Assembly (NCBI GenBank): GCA_964016885.1
Contig: OZ024743.1
Coordinates: forward strand, 131,440,001 to 131,504,000
Direction of reading: 5' to 3'
Origin: Eledone cirrhosa
Taxonomy: Eukaryota
DNA length: 64,000 nucleotides
Of this stretch, positions 47,201 to 62,299 are shown one piece after another (position 1 is the first letter of the stretch; each line of letters opens with the position of its first letter). The translations under genes and the position numbers were made by a program. The notes below the pieces were generated by a model. It was not told the DNA's origin. It searched no databases and was given only the letters and a program-made list of their open reading frames with translations.

Positions 47201-50200
47201 CAAACAGCAAGCACCAAACACCAAACATCAAGCACCAAGCACCAAACACCAAACACCAAGCACCAAGCACCAAACACCAAACACCAAGCACCAATCACCA
47301 AACACCAAGCACCAAGCGCCAAGCACCAAACACCAAACACCTAGCACCAAGCACCAAGCACCAAACACCAAGCACCAAACACCAATCACCAAGCTCCAAG
47401 CACCAAACACCAAACACCAAGCACCAAACACCAAACACCAAGCACCAAGCACCCAGAACCAAGCACCAAGCACCAAACACCAAGCACCAAGCACCGAGCA
47501 CCAAACACCTAGTACCAAGCACCAATCACCAAACACCAAGCACCAAGCACCAAACACCAAACACCAATCACCAAGCACCAAGCACCAAACACCAAGAACC
47601 AAGCACCAAGCACTAAACACCAAACACCAAGCACCAAGCACCAAACACCAAACACCAAGCACCAAGTACCAAACTCCAAACAGCAAACACCAAGCACCAA
47701 GCACCAAATCCCAAGCACCAAACACCAAGCACCAATCACCAAACACCAAACACCAAGCACCAAGCACCAAACACCAAAAACCAAGCACCAAGCACCAAGC
47801 ACCAAACACCAAACGCCAAACACCGAACACCAAGTACCAAGCACCAAACACCAAGCACCAATCGCCAAAGACCAAACACCAAGCACCAAGCACGAAACAC
47901 CAAGCACCAAGCACCGAGCACCAAACACCAAGTACCAAGCACCAATCACCAAACACCAAGCACCAAGCACCAAACATCAAACACCAAGCACCAAGCACCA
48001 AACACCAAACACCAAGCACCAAGCACCACACACCAAATACCAAGCACCAAGCACTAAACACCAAACACCAAGCACCAAGCACCAAGCATCAAGCACCAAG
48101 CACCAAACACCAAACGCCAAACACCAAGCACCAAAAACCAAGCACCAAGCTCCAAGCACCAAACACCAAGCACCAAACACCAAACACCAAGCACCAATCA
48201 CCAAGCACCAAACACCAAGCACCAAGCACCAAGCACCAAGCACCAAACACCAAGCACCAAGCACCAAACAGCAAACACCAAGCACCAAACACCAAACACC
48301 AAGCACCAAGCAACAAACAACAAACACCAAGCACCAAACACCAAGCAACAAGCCCCAAGCACCAAACACCAAGCACCGAGCACCAAACACCAAGCACCAA
48401 GCACCAAGCACCATGAACCAAACACCAAGCACCAAGCACCAAACAGCAAACGCCAAACAGCAAACACCAAACAGCAAACACCAAACAGCAAACACCAAAC
48501 ACCAAACACCAAACAACAAACGCCAAAAAGCAAACGCCAAACCCCAAACGCCAAACAGCAAATGCCAAACCCCAAACGCCAAACAGCAAACACCAAGCAC
48601 CAAACACCAAACACCAAGCGCCAAGCACCAAACACCAAACACCAAGCACCAAGCACCAAACACCAAACACCTAGCACCAATTACCAAACACCAAACACCA
48701 AGCGCGAAACACCAAACACCAAACACCTAGCATCAAGCACCAAGCACCAAACACCAAGCACCAAACACCAAGCACCAAGCACCAAGCACCAAGCACCAAG
48801 CACCAAACACCAATCACCAAGCCCCAAGCACCAAACACCAAGCACCCAGCACTAAACACCAAACACCAAGCACCAAGCACCCAGAACAAAGCACCAAGCA
48901 CCAAACACCAAACACCAAGCTCCAAGCATCAAACACCAAACACCAAGCACCAAGCACCAAGCACCAAACACCAAACACCAAGCTCCAAGCACCAAACACC
49001 AAACACCAAGCACCAAGCACCAAACACCAATCACCAAGCACCAAGCACCAAACCCCAAGCACCAAACACCAAGCACCAATCACCAAACACCAAACACCAA
49101 GAACCAAGCACCAAGCACCAAACCCCAAGCACCAAACACCAAGCACCAATCACCAAACACCGAACACCAAGAACCAAGCACCAAGCACCAAACACCAAGC
49201 ACCAAGCACCAAGCACCAAGCACCAAGCACCAAACACCAAGCACCAAGTACCACACACCAAACACCAAGCACCAAGCACCAAACACCAAACACCAAACAC
49301 CAGGCACCAAGCACCAATCACCAAGCACCAAGCAAAAACACAAAGCACCAAGCACCAAGCACCAAACACCAAACACCAAACACCAGGCACCAAGCACCAA
49401 GCACCAAGCAGCAAGCACCAAGCACCAAACACCAAACACCAAGCCCAAATCACCAAAGAGCAAAAACAAAACACCAAGCACCAAACACCAAACACCAAGC
49501 ACCAAACACCAAACACCAAACACCAAATAGCAAAAACCAAAGAGCAAACTCCAAGCACCAAACAGCAAACACAAAACACCAAACAGCAAACACCAAACAG
49601 CAAACTCCAAACACCAAACACCAAGCACCAAGCACCAAATCCCAAGCACCAAACACCAAGCACCAATCACCAAACACCAAGCACCAAGCACCAAACACCA
49701 AACATCAAGCACCAAGTACCAAACACCAAACACCAAGCACCAAACACTAAACAGCAAACGCAAAAAAGCAAATGCCAAACCCCAAACGCCAAACAGCAAA
49801 CGCCCAGCACCAAACACCAAACACCAAGCGCCAAGCACCAAACACCAAACACCAAGCACCAAGCACCAAACACCAAACACCAAGCACCAATCACCAAACA
49901 CCAAACACCAAGCGCCAAACACCAAACACCAAACACCTAGCACCAAGCACCAAGCACCAAACACCAAGCACCAAACACCAAGCACCAAGCACCAAGCACC
50001 AAGCACCAAGCACCAAACACCAATCACCAAGCCCCAAGCATCAAACACCAAGCACCCAGCACCAAACACCAAACACCAAGCACCAAGCACCCAGAACAAA
50101 GCACCAAGCACCAAACACCAAACACCAAGCTCCAAGCACCAAACACCAAACACCAAGCACCAAGCACCAAGCACCAAACACCAAACACCAAGCACCAAGC

Positions 50201-52120
50201 ACCAAACACCAAACACCAGGCACCAATCACCAAACACCAAGCCCCAAGCGCCAAACACCAAACACCAAACACCTAGCACCAAGCACCAAGCACCGAACAC
50301 CAAGCACCAAACACCAAGCACCAAGCACCAAGCACCAAGCACCAAGCACCAAACACCAATCACCAAGCCCCAAGCACCAAACACCAAGCACCAAGCACCA
50401 AACACCAAACACCAAGCACCAAGCACCCAGAACCAAGCACCAAGCACCAAACACCAAACTACCAAGCACCAAGCACCAAACACCAAACACCAAGCACCAA
50501 GCACCAAGCACCAAGCACCAAACACCATACACCAAGCACCAAGCACCAAACACCAAAAACCAATCACCAAGCACCAAAGAGCAAACACCAAGCCCCAAGA
50601 ACCAAACACCAAACACCAAACACCAAATAGCAAACACTAAACACCAAACACCAAACAGCAAACACAAAACACCAAATAGCAAACACCAAACACGAAACAC
50701 CAAACACCAAACAGCAAACACCAAACACCAAACACCAAACACCAAACAGCAAACACCAAACAGCAAACACCAAACAGCAAACAGCAAACACCAAACACCA
50801 AACACCAATCTCCAAGCACCAAACAACAACACCAAGCACCAAGCACCAAACACCAAGCACCAAGCACCAAACACCTAACACCAAGCTCCAAGCACCAAAC
50901 ACCATACACCAAGCACCAAGCTCCAAACACCAATCACCAAGCACCAAGCACCAAACCCCAAGCACCAAACACCAAGCAAAAATCACCAAACACCAAACAC
51001 CCAGCACCAAGCACCAAACACCAAGCACCAAGCACCAAGCACCAAACACCAAGCACCAAGTACCAAACACCAAACACCAAGCACCAAGTACCAAACACCA
51101 AACACCAAGCACCAAGCACCAAACACCAAACACCAAGCACCAAGCACCAAACACCAAACACCAGGCTCCAAGCACAAAACACCAAGCACCAAGCACCAAG
51201 CAACAAACACCAAACACCAAGCACCAAACACCAAGCACCAAGCCCCAAGCACCAAACACCAAGCACCAAGCACCAAACACCAAGCACCAAGCACCAAGCA
51301 CCATGCACCAAACACCAAGCACCAAGCACCAAACAGCAAACACCAAACAGCAAACACCAAACAGCAAACACCAAACAGCAAACACCAAACACCAAGCACC
51401 AAGCACCAAACACCATACGCCAAACACCAAACACCAAGCACCAAGCACGAAACACCAAGCACCAAGCACCGAGCACCAAACACCAAACACCAAACACCAA
51501 GCACCAAGCACCAAACACCAAACACCAAGAACCAAGCACCAAACACCAAATACCAAGCACCAAGCACTAAACACCAAACACCAAGCACCAAACACCAAGC
51601 ACCAAGCACCAAGCACCAAGCACCAAACACAAAACACCAAGTACCAAGCACCAAGCACCAAACACCAAACACCAAACACCAAGCACCAAGCACCAAACAC
51701 CAAACACCAAGCACCAAGCACCAGAGACCAAGCACCAAGCACCAAGGACCAAACACCAAACACCAAACACCAGGCAAAAAGCACCAAACACCAAGCACCA
51801 AGCACCAAACACCAAAGACCAAGCACAAAGCACCAAAGAGCAAAAACAAAGCACCAAGCACCAAACACCAAACACCAAACACCAAACAGCAAACACCAAA
51901 CACCAAATAGCAAACACCAAAGGGCAAACTCCAAACACCAAACAGCAAACACAAAACACCAAACAGCAAACAACAAACAGCAAACAGCAAACAGCAAACA
52001 GCAAACAGCAAACACCAAACACCAAGCACCAAGCACCAAGCACCAAACACCAACACCAAGCACCAAGCACCAAACACCAAGCACCAAGCACCAAACACCA
52101 AACACCAAGCTCCAAGCACC

Positions 52121-52133
52121 AAAAAAAAAAAAA
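52121..52133 (+). repeat. A13 homopolymer interrupting the array
   Basis: CTCCAAGCACC-A13-CACCAAG. Confidence 0.95.
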
Positions 52134-55100
52134 CACCAAGCACCAAACCCCAAGCACCAAACACCAAGCACAAAACACCAAGCACCAAGCACCAAACACC
52201 AAACATCAAACACCAAACAGCAAACAACAAACAACAAACGCCAAACATCAAACGCCAAACACCAAACGCCAAATAGCAAACACCAAACCGCAAACACCAA
52301 ACACCAAACAGCAAACACCAAACACCAAACAGCGAACTCCAAACAGCAAACACCAAACAGCAAACAGCAAACAGCAAACACCAAACACCAAACACCAAGC
52401 ACCAAACTCCAAACACCAAGCACCAAGCACCAAGCACAAAACACCAAGCACCAAGCGCTAAACATAAAACACTAAGCACCAAGCACCAAGCACCAAGCAC
52501 CAAACACCAAACATCAAACACCAATCACCAAACATCAAACAGCAAACACCAAACACCAAACGCCAAACACAAACACCAAATAGCAAACACCAAACCGCAA
52601 ACACCAAACACCAAACAGCAAACACCAAACACCAAACAGCGAACACCAAACAGCAAACACCAAACAGCAAACACCAAACACCAAGCACCAAACACCAAAC
52701 ACCAAACACGAAGCACCAAGCACAAAACACCAAGCACCAAGCACCAAACACCAAGCACCAAACACCAAACACCAAGCACCAAGCGCCAAACACCAAGCAC
52801 CAAGCACCAAGCACGAAACACCAAGCACCAATCACCAAACACCAAACACCAAGCACCAAACACCAAACAGCAAACACCAATCACCAAACACCAAACACCA
52901 AACAGCAAACACCAATCACCAAACACCAAACACCAAACACCAAACAGTAAACACCAAACACCAAACAGCTAACACCAAACACCAAACACCAAACAGCAAA
53001 CACCAAACACCAAACACCAAACAGCAAACACCAAACAAACAGCAAACAGCAAACACCAAGCAGCAAACACCAAACACCAAACAACAAACGCCAAACAGCA
53101 AACGCCAACCACCAGATGCCAAACAGCAAACGCCAAACAGCAAACGCCAAACAGCAAACACCAAACACCAAACAGCAAACACCAAACACCAAACACCAAA
53201 TAGCAAACACCAAACAGCAAACACCAAACAGCAAACACCAAACAGCAAACACCAGACAGCAAACAGCAAACACCAAACACCAAACACCAAGCACCAAGCA
53301 CCAAACACCAAGCACCAAGCAACAAGCACCAATCACCAAGCACCAAGCACTAAACACCAAACACCAAGCACCAAGCACCAAGCACCAAACAGCAAGCACC
53401 AAGCACCATGCACCAAACGCCAAGCACCAAGCACCAAACACCAAGAACCAAGCACCAAGCACCAAACACCAAGCACCAAAGACCAAGCACCAAATACCAA
53501 GCACCAAGCACCAAACACCAATCACCAAGCCCCAAGCACCAAACACCAAGCACCCAGCACCAAACAACAAACACCAAGCACCAAGCACCCAGAACAAAGC
53601 ACCAAGCACCAAACACCAAACACCAAGCTCCAAGCACCAAACACCAAACACCAAGCACCAAGCACCAAGCACCAAACACCAAACACCAAGCTCCAAGCAC
53701 CAAACACCAAACACCAAGCACCAAGCACCAAACACCAATCACCAAGCACCAAGCACCAAACCCCAAGCACCAAACACCAAGCACCAATCACCAAACACCA
53801 AACACCAAGAACCAAGCACCAAGCACCAAACCCCAAGCACCAAACACCAAGCACCAATCACCAAACACCGAACACCAAGAACCAAGCACCAAGCACCAAA
53901 CACCAAGCACCAAGCACCAAGCACCAAGCACCAAGCACCAAACACCAAGCACCAAGTACCACACACCAAACACCAAGCACCAAGCACCAAACACCAAACA
54001 CCAAACACCAGGCACCAAGCACCAATCACCAAGCACCAAGCAAAAACACAAAGCACCAAGCACCAAGCACCAAACACCAAACACCAAACACCAAGCCCAA
54101 ATCACCAAAGAGCAAAAACAAAACACCAAGCACCAAACACCAAACACCAAGCACCAAACACCAAACACCAAACACCAAACACCAAACAGCAAACACTAAA
54201 CACCAAATAGCAAAAACCAAAGAGCAAACTCCAAGCACCAAACAGCAAACACAAAACACCAAACAGCAAACAGCAAACAGCAAACTCCAAACACCAAACA
54301 CCAAGCACCAAGCACCAAATCCCAAGCACCAAACACCAAGCACCAATCACCAAACACCAAGCACCAAGCACCAAACACCAAACACCAAGCACCAAATACC
54401 AAACACCAAACACCAAGCACCAAACACTAAACAGCAAACGCAAAAAAGCAAATGCCAAACCCCAAACGCCAAACAGCAAACGCCCAGCACCAAACACCAA
54501 GCGCCAAGCACCAAACACCAAACACCAAGCACCAAGCACCAAACACCAAACACCAAGCACAAATCACCAAACACCAAACACCAAGCGCCAAACACCAAAC
54601 ACCAAACACCTAGCACCAAGCACCAAGCACCAAACACCAAGCACCAAACACCAAGCACCAAGCACCAAGCACCAAGCACCAAGCACCAAACACCAATCAC
54701 CAAGCCCCAAGCATCAAACACCAAGCACCCAGCACCAAACACCAAACACCAAGCACCAAGCACCCAGAACAAAGCACCAAGCACCAAACACCAAACACCA
54801 AGCTCCAAGCACCAAACACCAAACACCAAGCACCAAGCACCAAGCACCAAACACCAAACACCAAGCACCAAGCACCAAACACCAAACACCAAGCACCAAT
54901 CACCAAACACCAAGCCCCAAGCGCCAAACACCAAACACCAAACACCTAGCACCAAGCACCAAGCACCGAACACCAAGCACCAAACACCAAGCACCAAGCA
55001 CCAAGCACCAAGCACCAAGCACCAAACACCAATCACCAAGCCCCAAGCACCAAACACCAAGCACCAAGCACCAAACACCAAACACCAAGCACCAAGCACC

Positions 55101-58100
55101 CAGAACCAAACAGCAAACACCAAACACCAAACACCAAACACCAAACAGCAAACACCAAACAGCAAACACCAAACAGCAAACAGCAAACAAGCACCAAGCA
55201 CCAAACACCAAGCACCAAGCACCAAACAACAACACCAAGCACCAAGCACCAAACACCAAGCGCCAAGCACCAAACACCAAACACCAAGCTCCAAGCACCA
55301 AACACCATACACCAAGCACCAAGCACCAAACACCAATCACCAAGCACCAAGCACCAAACCCCAAGCACCAAACACCAAGCACCAATCACCAAACACCAAA
55401 CACCCAGCACCAAGCACCAAACACCAAGCACCAAGCACCAAGCACCAAACACCAAGCACCAAGTACCAAACACCAAACACTAAGCACCAAGTACCAAACA
55501 CCAAACACCAAGCACCAAGCACCAAACACCAAACACCAAGCACCAAGCACCAAACACCAAACACCAGGCTCCAAGCACAAAACACCAAGCACCAAGCTCC
55601 AAGCAACAAACACCAAACACCAAGCACCAAACACCAAGCACCAAGCCCCAAGCACCAAACACCAAGCACCAAGCACCAAACACCAAGCACCAAGCACCAA
55701 GCACCATGCACCAAACACCAAGCACCAAGCACCAAACAGCAAACACCAAACAGCAAACACCAAACAGCAAACACCAAACAGCAAACACCAAACACCAAGC
55801 ACCAAGCACCAAACACCATACGCCAAACACCAAACACCAAGCACCAAGCACCAAACACCAAGCACCAAGCACCAAAGACCAAACACCAAGCACCAAGCAC
55901 GAAACACCAAGCACCAAGCACCGAGCACCAAACACCAAGCACCAAACACCAAACACCAAACACCAAATAGCAAAAACCAAAGAGCAAACTCCAAGCACCA
56001 AACAGCAAACACAAAACACCAAACAGCAAACACCAAACAGCAAACTCCAAACACCAAACACCAAGCACCAAGCACCAAATCCCAAGCACCAAACACCAAG
56101 CACCAATCACCAAACACCAAGCACCAAGCACCAAACACCAAACATCAAGCACCAAGTACCAAACACCAAACACCAAGCACCAAACACTAAACAGCAAACG
56201 CAAAAAAGCAAATGCCAAACCCCAAACGCCAAACAGCAAACGCCCAGCACCAAACACCAAACACCAAGCGCCAAGCACCAAACACCAAACACCAAGCACC
56301 AAGCACCAAACACCAAACACCAAGCACAAATCACCAAACACCAAACACCAAGCGCCAAACACCAAACACCAAACACCTAGCACCAAGCACCAAGCACCAA
56401 ACACCAAGCACCAAACACCAAGCACCAAGCACCAAGCACCAAGCACCAAGCACCAAACACCAATCACCAAGCCCCAAGCATCAAACACCAAGCACCCAGC
56501 ACCAAACACCAAACACCAAGCACCAAGCACCCAGAACAAAGCACCAAGCACCAAACACCAAACACCAAGCTCCAGGCACCAAACACCAAACACCAAGCAC
56601 CAAGCACCAAGCACCAAACACCAAACACCAAGCACCAAGCACCAAACACCAAACACCAAGCACCAATCACCAAACACCAAGCCCCAAGCGCCAAACACCA
56701 AACACCAAACACCTAGCACCAAGCACCAAGCACCGAACACCAAGCACCAAACACCAAGCACCAAGCACCAAGCACCAAGCACCAAGCACCAAACACCAAT
56801 CACCAAGCCCCAAGCACCAAACACCAAGCACCAAGCACCAAACACCAAACACCAAGCACCAAGCACCCAGAACCAAGCACCAAGCACCAAACACCAAACT
56901 ACCAAGCACCAAGCACCAAATACCAAACACCAAGCACCAAGCACCAAGCACCAAACACCATACACCAAGCACCAAGCACCAAACACCAAAAACCAATCAC
57001 CAAGCACCAAAGAGCAAACACCAAGCCCCAAGCACCAAACACCAAACACCAAACACCAAATAGCAAACACTAAACACCAAACACCAAACAGCAAACACAA
57101 AACACCAAATAGCAAACACCAAACACCAAACACCAAACACCAAACAGCAAACACCAAACACCAAACACCAAACACCAAACAGCAAACACCAAACAGCAAA
57201 CACCAAACAGCAAACAGCAAACACCAAACACCAAACACCAAGCTCCAAGCACCAAACAACAACACCAAGCACCAAGCACCAAACACCAAGCACCAAGCAC
57301 CAAACACCTAACACCAAGCTCCAAGCACCAAACACCATACACCAAGCACCAAGCTCCAAACACCAATCACCAAGCACCAAGCACCAAACCCCAAGCACCA
57401 AACACCAAGCACAAATCACCAAACACCAAACACCCAGCACCAAGCACCAAACACCAAGCACCAAGCACCAAGCACCAAACACCAAGCACCAAGTACCAAA
57501 CACCAAACACCAAGCACCAAGTACTAAACACCAAACACCAAGCACCAAGCACCAAACACCAAACACCAAGCACCAAGCACCAAACACCAAACACCAGGCT
57601 CCAAGCACAAAACACCAAGCACCAAGCACCAAGCAACAAACACCAAACACCAAGCACCAAACACCAAGCACCAAGCCCCAAGCACCAAACACCAAGCACC
57701 AAGCACCAAACACCAAGCACCAAGCACCAAGCACCATGCACCAAACACCAAGCACCAAGCACCAAACAGCAAACACCAAACAGCAAACACCAAACAGCAA
57801 ACACCAAACAGCAAACACCAAACACCAAGCACCAAGCACCAAACACCATACGCCAAACACCAAACACCAAGCACCAAGCACGAAACACCAAGCACCAAGC
57901 ACCGAGCACCAAACACCAAACACCAAACACCAAGCACCAAGCACCAAACACCAAACACCAAGAACCAAGCACCAAACACCAAATACCAAGCACCAAGCAC
58001 TAAACACCAAACACCATAACCATACACCAAGCACCAAGCACCAAGCACCAAGCACCAAACACAAAACACCAAGTACCAAGCACCAAGCACCAAACACCAA

Positions 58101-58552
58101 ACACCAAACACCAAGCACCAAGCACCAAACACCAAACACCAAGCACCAAGCACCAGAGACCAAGCACCAAGCACCAAGGACCAAACACCAAACACCAAAC
58201 ACCAGGCAAAAAGCACCAAACACCAAGCACCAAGCACCAAACACCAAAGACCAAGCACAAAGCACCAAAGAGCAAAAACAAAGCACCAAGCACCAAACAA
58301 CAAACACCAAACACCAAACAGCAAACACCAAACACCAAATAGCAAACACCAAAGGGCAAACTCCAAACACCAAACAGCAAACACAAAACACTAAACAGCA
58401 AACAACAAACAGCAAACAGCAAACAGCAAACAGCAAACAGCAAACACCAAACACCAAGCACCAAGCACCAAGCACCAAACACCAACACCAAGCACCAAGC
58501 ACCAAACACCAAGCACCAAGCACCAAACACCAAACACCAAGCTCCAAGCACC

Positions 58553-58565
58553 AAAAAAAAAAAAA
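58553..58565 (+). repeat. A13 homopolymer (duplicate copy)
   Basis: Same flanks as the tract at 52121, offset 6432. Confidence 0.95.
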
Positions 58566-61500
58566 CACCAAGCACCAAACCCCAAGCACCAAACACCAAG
58601 CACAAAACACCAAGCACCAAGCACCAAACACCAAACATCAAACACCAAACAGCAAACAACAAACAACAAACGCCAAACATCAAACGCCAAACACCAAACG
58701 CCAAATAGCAAACACCAAACCGCAAACACCAAACACCAAACAGCAAACACCAAACACCAAACAGCGAACTCCAAACAGCAAACACCAAACAGCAAACAGC
58801 AAACAGCAAACACCAAACACCAAACACCAAGCACCAAACTCCAAACACCAAGCACCAAGCACCAAGCACAAAACACCAAGCACCAAGCGCTAAACATAAA
58901 ACACTAAGCACCAAGCACCAAGCACCAAGCACCAAACACCAAACATCAAACACCAATCACCAAACATCAAACAGCAAACACCAAACACCAAACGCCAAAC
59001 ACAAACACCAAATAGCAAACACCAAACCGCAAGCACCAAACACCAAACAGCAAACACCAAACACCAAACAGCGAACACCAAACAGCAAACACCAAACAGC
59101 AAACACCAAACACCAAGCACCAAACACCAAACACCAAGCACGAAGCACCAAGCACAAAACACCAAGCACCAAGCACCAAACACCAAGCACCAAACACCAA
59201 ACACCAAGCACCAAGCGCCAAACACCAAGCACCAAGCACCAAGCACGAAACACCAAGCACCAATCACCAAACACCAAACACCAAGCACCAAACACCAAAC
59301 AGCAAACACCAATCACCAAACACCAAACACCAAACAGCAAACACCAATCACCAAACACCAAACACCAAACACCAAACAGTAAACACCAAACACCAAACAG
59401 CTAACACCAAACACCAAACACCAAACAGCAAACACCAAACACCAAACACCAAACACCAAACACCAAACAAACAGCAAACAGCAAACACCAAGCAGCAAAC
59501 ACCAAACACCAAACAACAAACGCCAAACAGCAAACGCCAACCACCAGATGCCAAACAGCAAACGCCAAACAGCAAACGCCAAACAGCAAACACCAAACAC
59601 CAAACAGCAAACACCAAACACCAAACACCAAATAGCAAACACCAAACAGCAAACACCAAACAGCAAACACCAAACAGCAAACACCAGACAGCAAACAGCA
59701 AACACCAAACACCAAACACCAAGCACCAAGCACCAAACACCAAGCACCAAGCAACAAGCACCAATCACCAAGCACCAAGCACTAAACACCAAACACCAAG
59801 CACCAAGCACCAAGCACCAAACAGCAAGCACCAAGCACCATGCACCAAACGCCAAGCACCAAGCACCAAACACCAAGAACCAAGCACCAAGCACCAAACA
59901 CCAAGCACCAAAGACCAAGCACCAAATACCAAGCACCAAGCACCAAACACCAATCACCAAGCCCCAAGCACCAAACACCAAGCACCCAGCACCAAACAAC
60001 AAACACCAAGCACCAAGCACCAGAACAAAGCACCAAGCACCAAACACCAAACACCAAGCTCCAAGCACCAAACACCAAACACCAAGCACCAAGCACCAAG
60101 CACCAAACACCAAACACCAAGCTCCAAGCACCAAACACCAAACACCAAGCACCAAGCACCAAACACCAATCACCAAGCACCAAGCACCAAACCCCAAGCA
60201 CCAAACACCAAGCACCAATCACCAAACACCAAACACCAAGAACCAAGCACCAAGCACCAAACCCCAAGCACCAAACACCAAGCACCAATCACCAAACACC
60301 GAACACCAAGAACCAAGCACCAAGCACCAAACACCAAGCACCAAGCACCAAGCACCAAGCACCAAGCACCAAACACCAAGCACCAAGTACCACACACCAA
60401 ACACCAAGCACCAAGCACCAAACACCAAACACCAAACACCAGGCACCAAGCACCAATCACCAAGCACCAAGCAAAAACACAAAGCACCAAACACCAAACA
60501 CCAAACACCAAGCCCAAATCACCAAAGAGCAAAACCAAAACACCAAGCACCAAACACCAAACACCAAGCACCAAACACCAAACACCAAACACCAAACACC
60601 AAACAGCAAACACCAAACACCAAATAGCAAAAACCAAAGAGCAAACTCCAAGCACCAAACAGCAAACACAAAACACCAAACAGCAAACAGCAAACAGCAA
60701 ACTCCAAACACCAAACACCAAGCACCAAGCACCAAATCCCAAGCACCAAACACCAAGCACCAATCACCAAACACCAAGCACCAAGCACCAAACACCAAAC
60801 ACCAAGCACCAAATACCAAACACCAAACACCAAGCACCAAACACTAAACAACAAACGCAAAAAAGCAAATGCCAAACCCCAAACGCCAAACAGCAAACGC
60901 CCAGCACCAAACACCAAACACCAAGCGCCAAGCACCAAACACCAAACACCAAGCACCAAGCACCAAACACCAAACACCAAGCACAAATCACCAAACACCA
61001 AACACCAAGCGCCAAACACCAAACACCAAACACCTAGCACCAAGCACCAAGCACCAAACACCAAGCACCAAACACCAAGCACCAAGCACCAAGCACCAAG
61101 CACCAAGCACCAAACACCAATCACCAAGCCCCAAGCATCAAACACCAAGCACCCAGCACCAAACACCAAACACCAAGCACCAAGCACCCAGAACAAAGCA
61201 CCAAGCACCAAACACCAAACACCAAGCTCCAAGCACCAAACACCAAACACCAAGCACCAAGCACCAAGCACCAAACACCAAACACCAAGCACCAAGCACC
61301 AAACACCAAACACCAAGCACCAATCACCAAACACCAAGCCCCAAGCGCCAAACACCAAACACCAAACACCTAGCACCAAGCACCAAGCACCGAACACCAA
61401 GCACCAAACACCAAGCACCAAGCACCAAGCACCAAGCACCAAGCACCAAACACCAATCACCAAGCCCCAAGCACCACACACCAAGCACCAAGCACCAAAC

Positions 61501-62299
61501 ACCAAACACCAAGCACCAAGCACCCAGAACCAAACAGCAAACACCAAACACCAAACACCAAACACCAAACAGCAAACACCAAACAGCAAACACCAAACAG
61601 CAAACAGCAAACAAGCACCAAGCACCAAACACCAAGCACCAAGCACCAAACAACAACACCAAGCACCAAGCACCAAACACCAAGCGCCAAGCACCAAACA
61701 CCAAACACCAAGCTCCAAGCACCAAACACCATACACCAAGCACCAAGCACCAAACACCAATCACCAAGCACCAAGCACCAAACCCCAAGCACCAAACACC
61801 AAGCACCAATCACCAAACACCAAACACCCAGCACCAAGCACCAAACACCAAGCACCAAGCACCAAGCACCAAACACCAAGCACCAAGTACCAAACACCAA
61901 ACACTAAGCACCAAGTACCAAACACCAAACACCAAGCACCAAGCACCAAACACCAAACACCAAGCACCAAGCACCAAACACCAAACACCAGGCTCCAAGC
62001 ACAAAACACCAAGCACCAAGCACCAACAACAAACACCAAACACCAAGCACCAAACACCGAGCACCAAGCCCCAAGCACCAAACACCAAGCACCAAGCACC
62101 AAACACCAAGCACCAAGCACCAAGCACCATGCACCAAACACCAAGCACCAAGCACCAAACAGCAAACACCAAACACCAAACACCAAGCACCAAGCACCAA
62201 ACACCATACGCCAAACACCAAACACCAAGCACCAAGCACCAAACACCAAGCACCAAGCACCAAAGACCGAACACCAAGCACCAAGCACGAAACACCAAG

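Noticed and set aside
52121-52133. Intrinsic terminator or retroposon tail
   Set aside because: There is no adjacent GC-rich hairpin and no element body.
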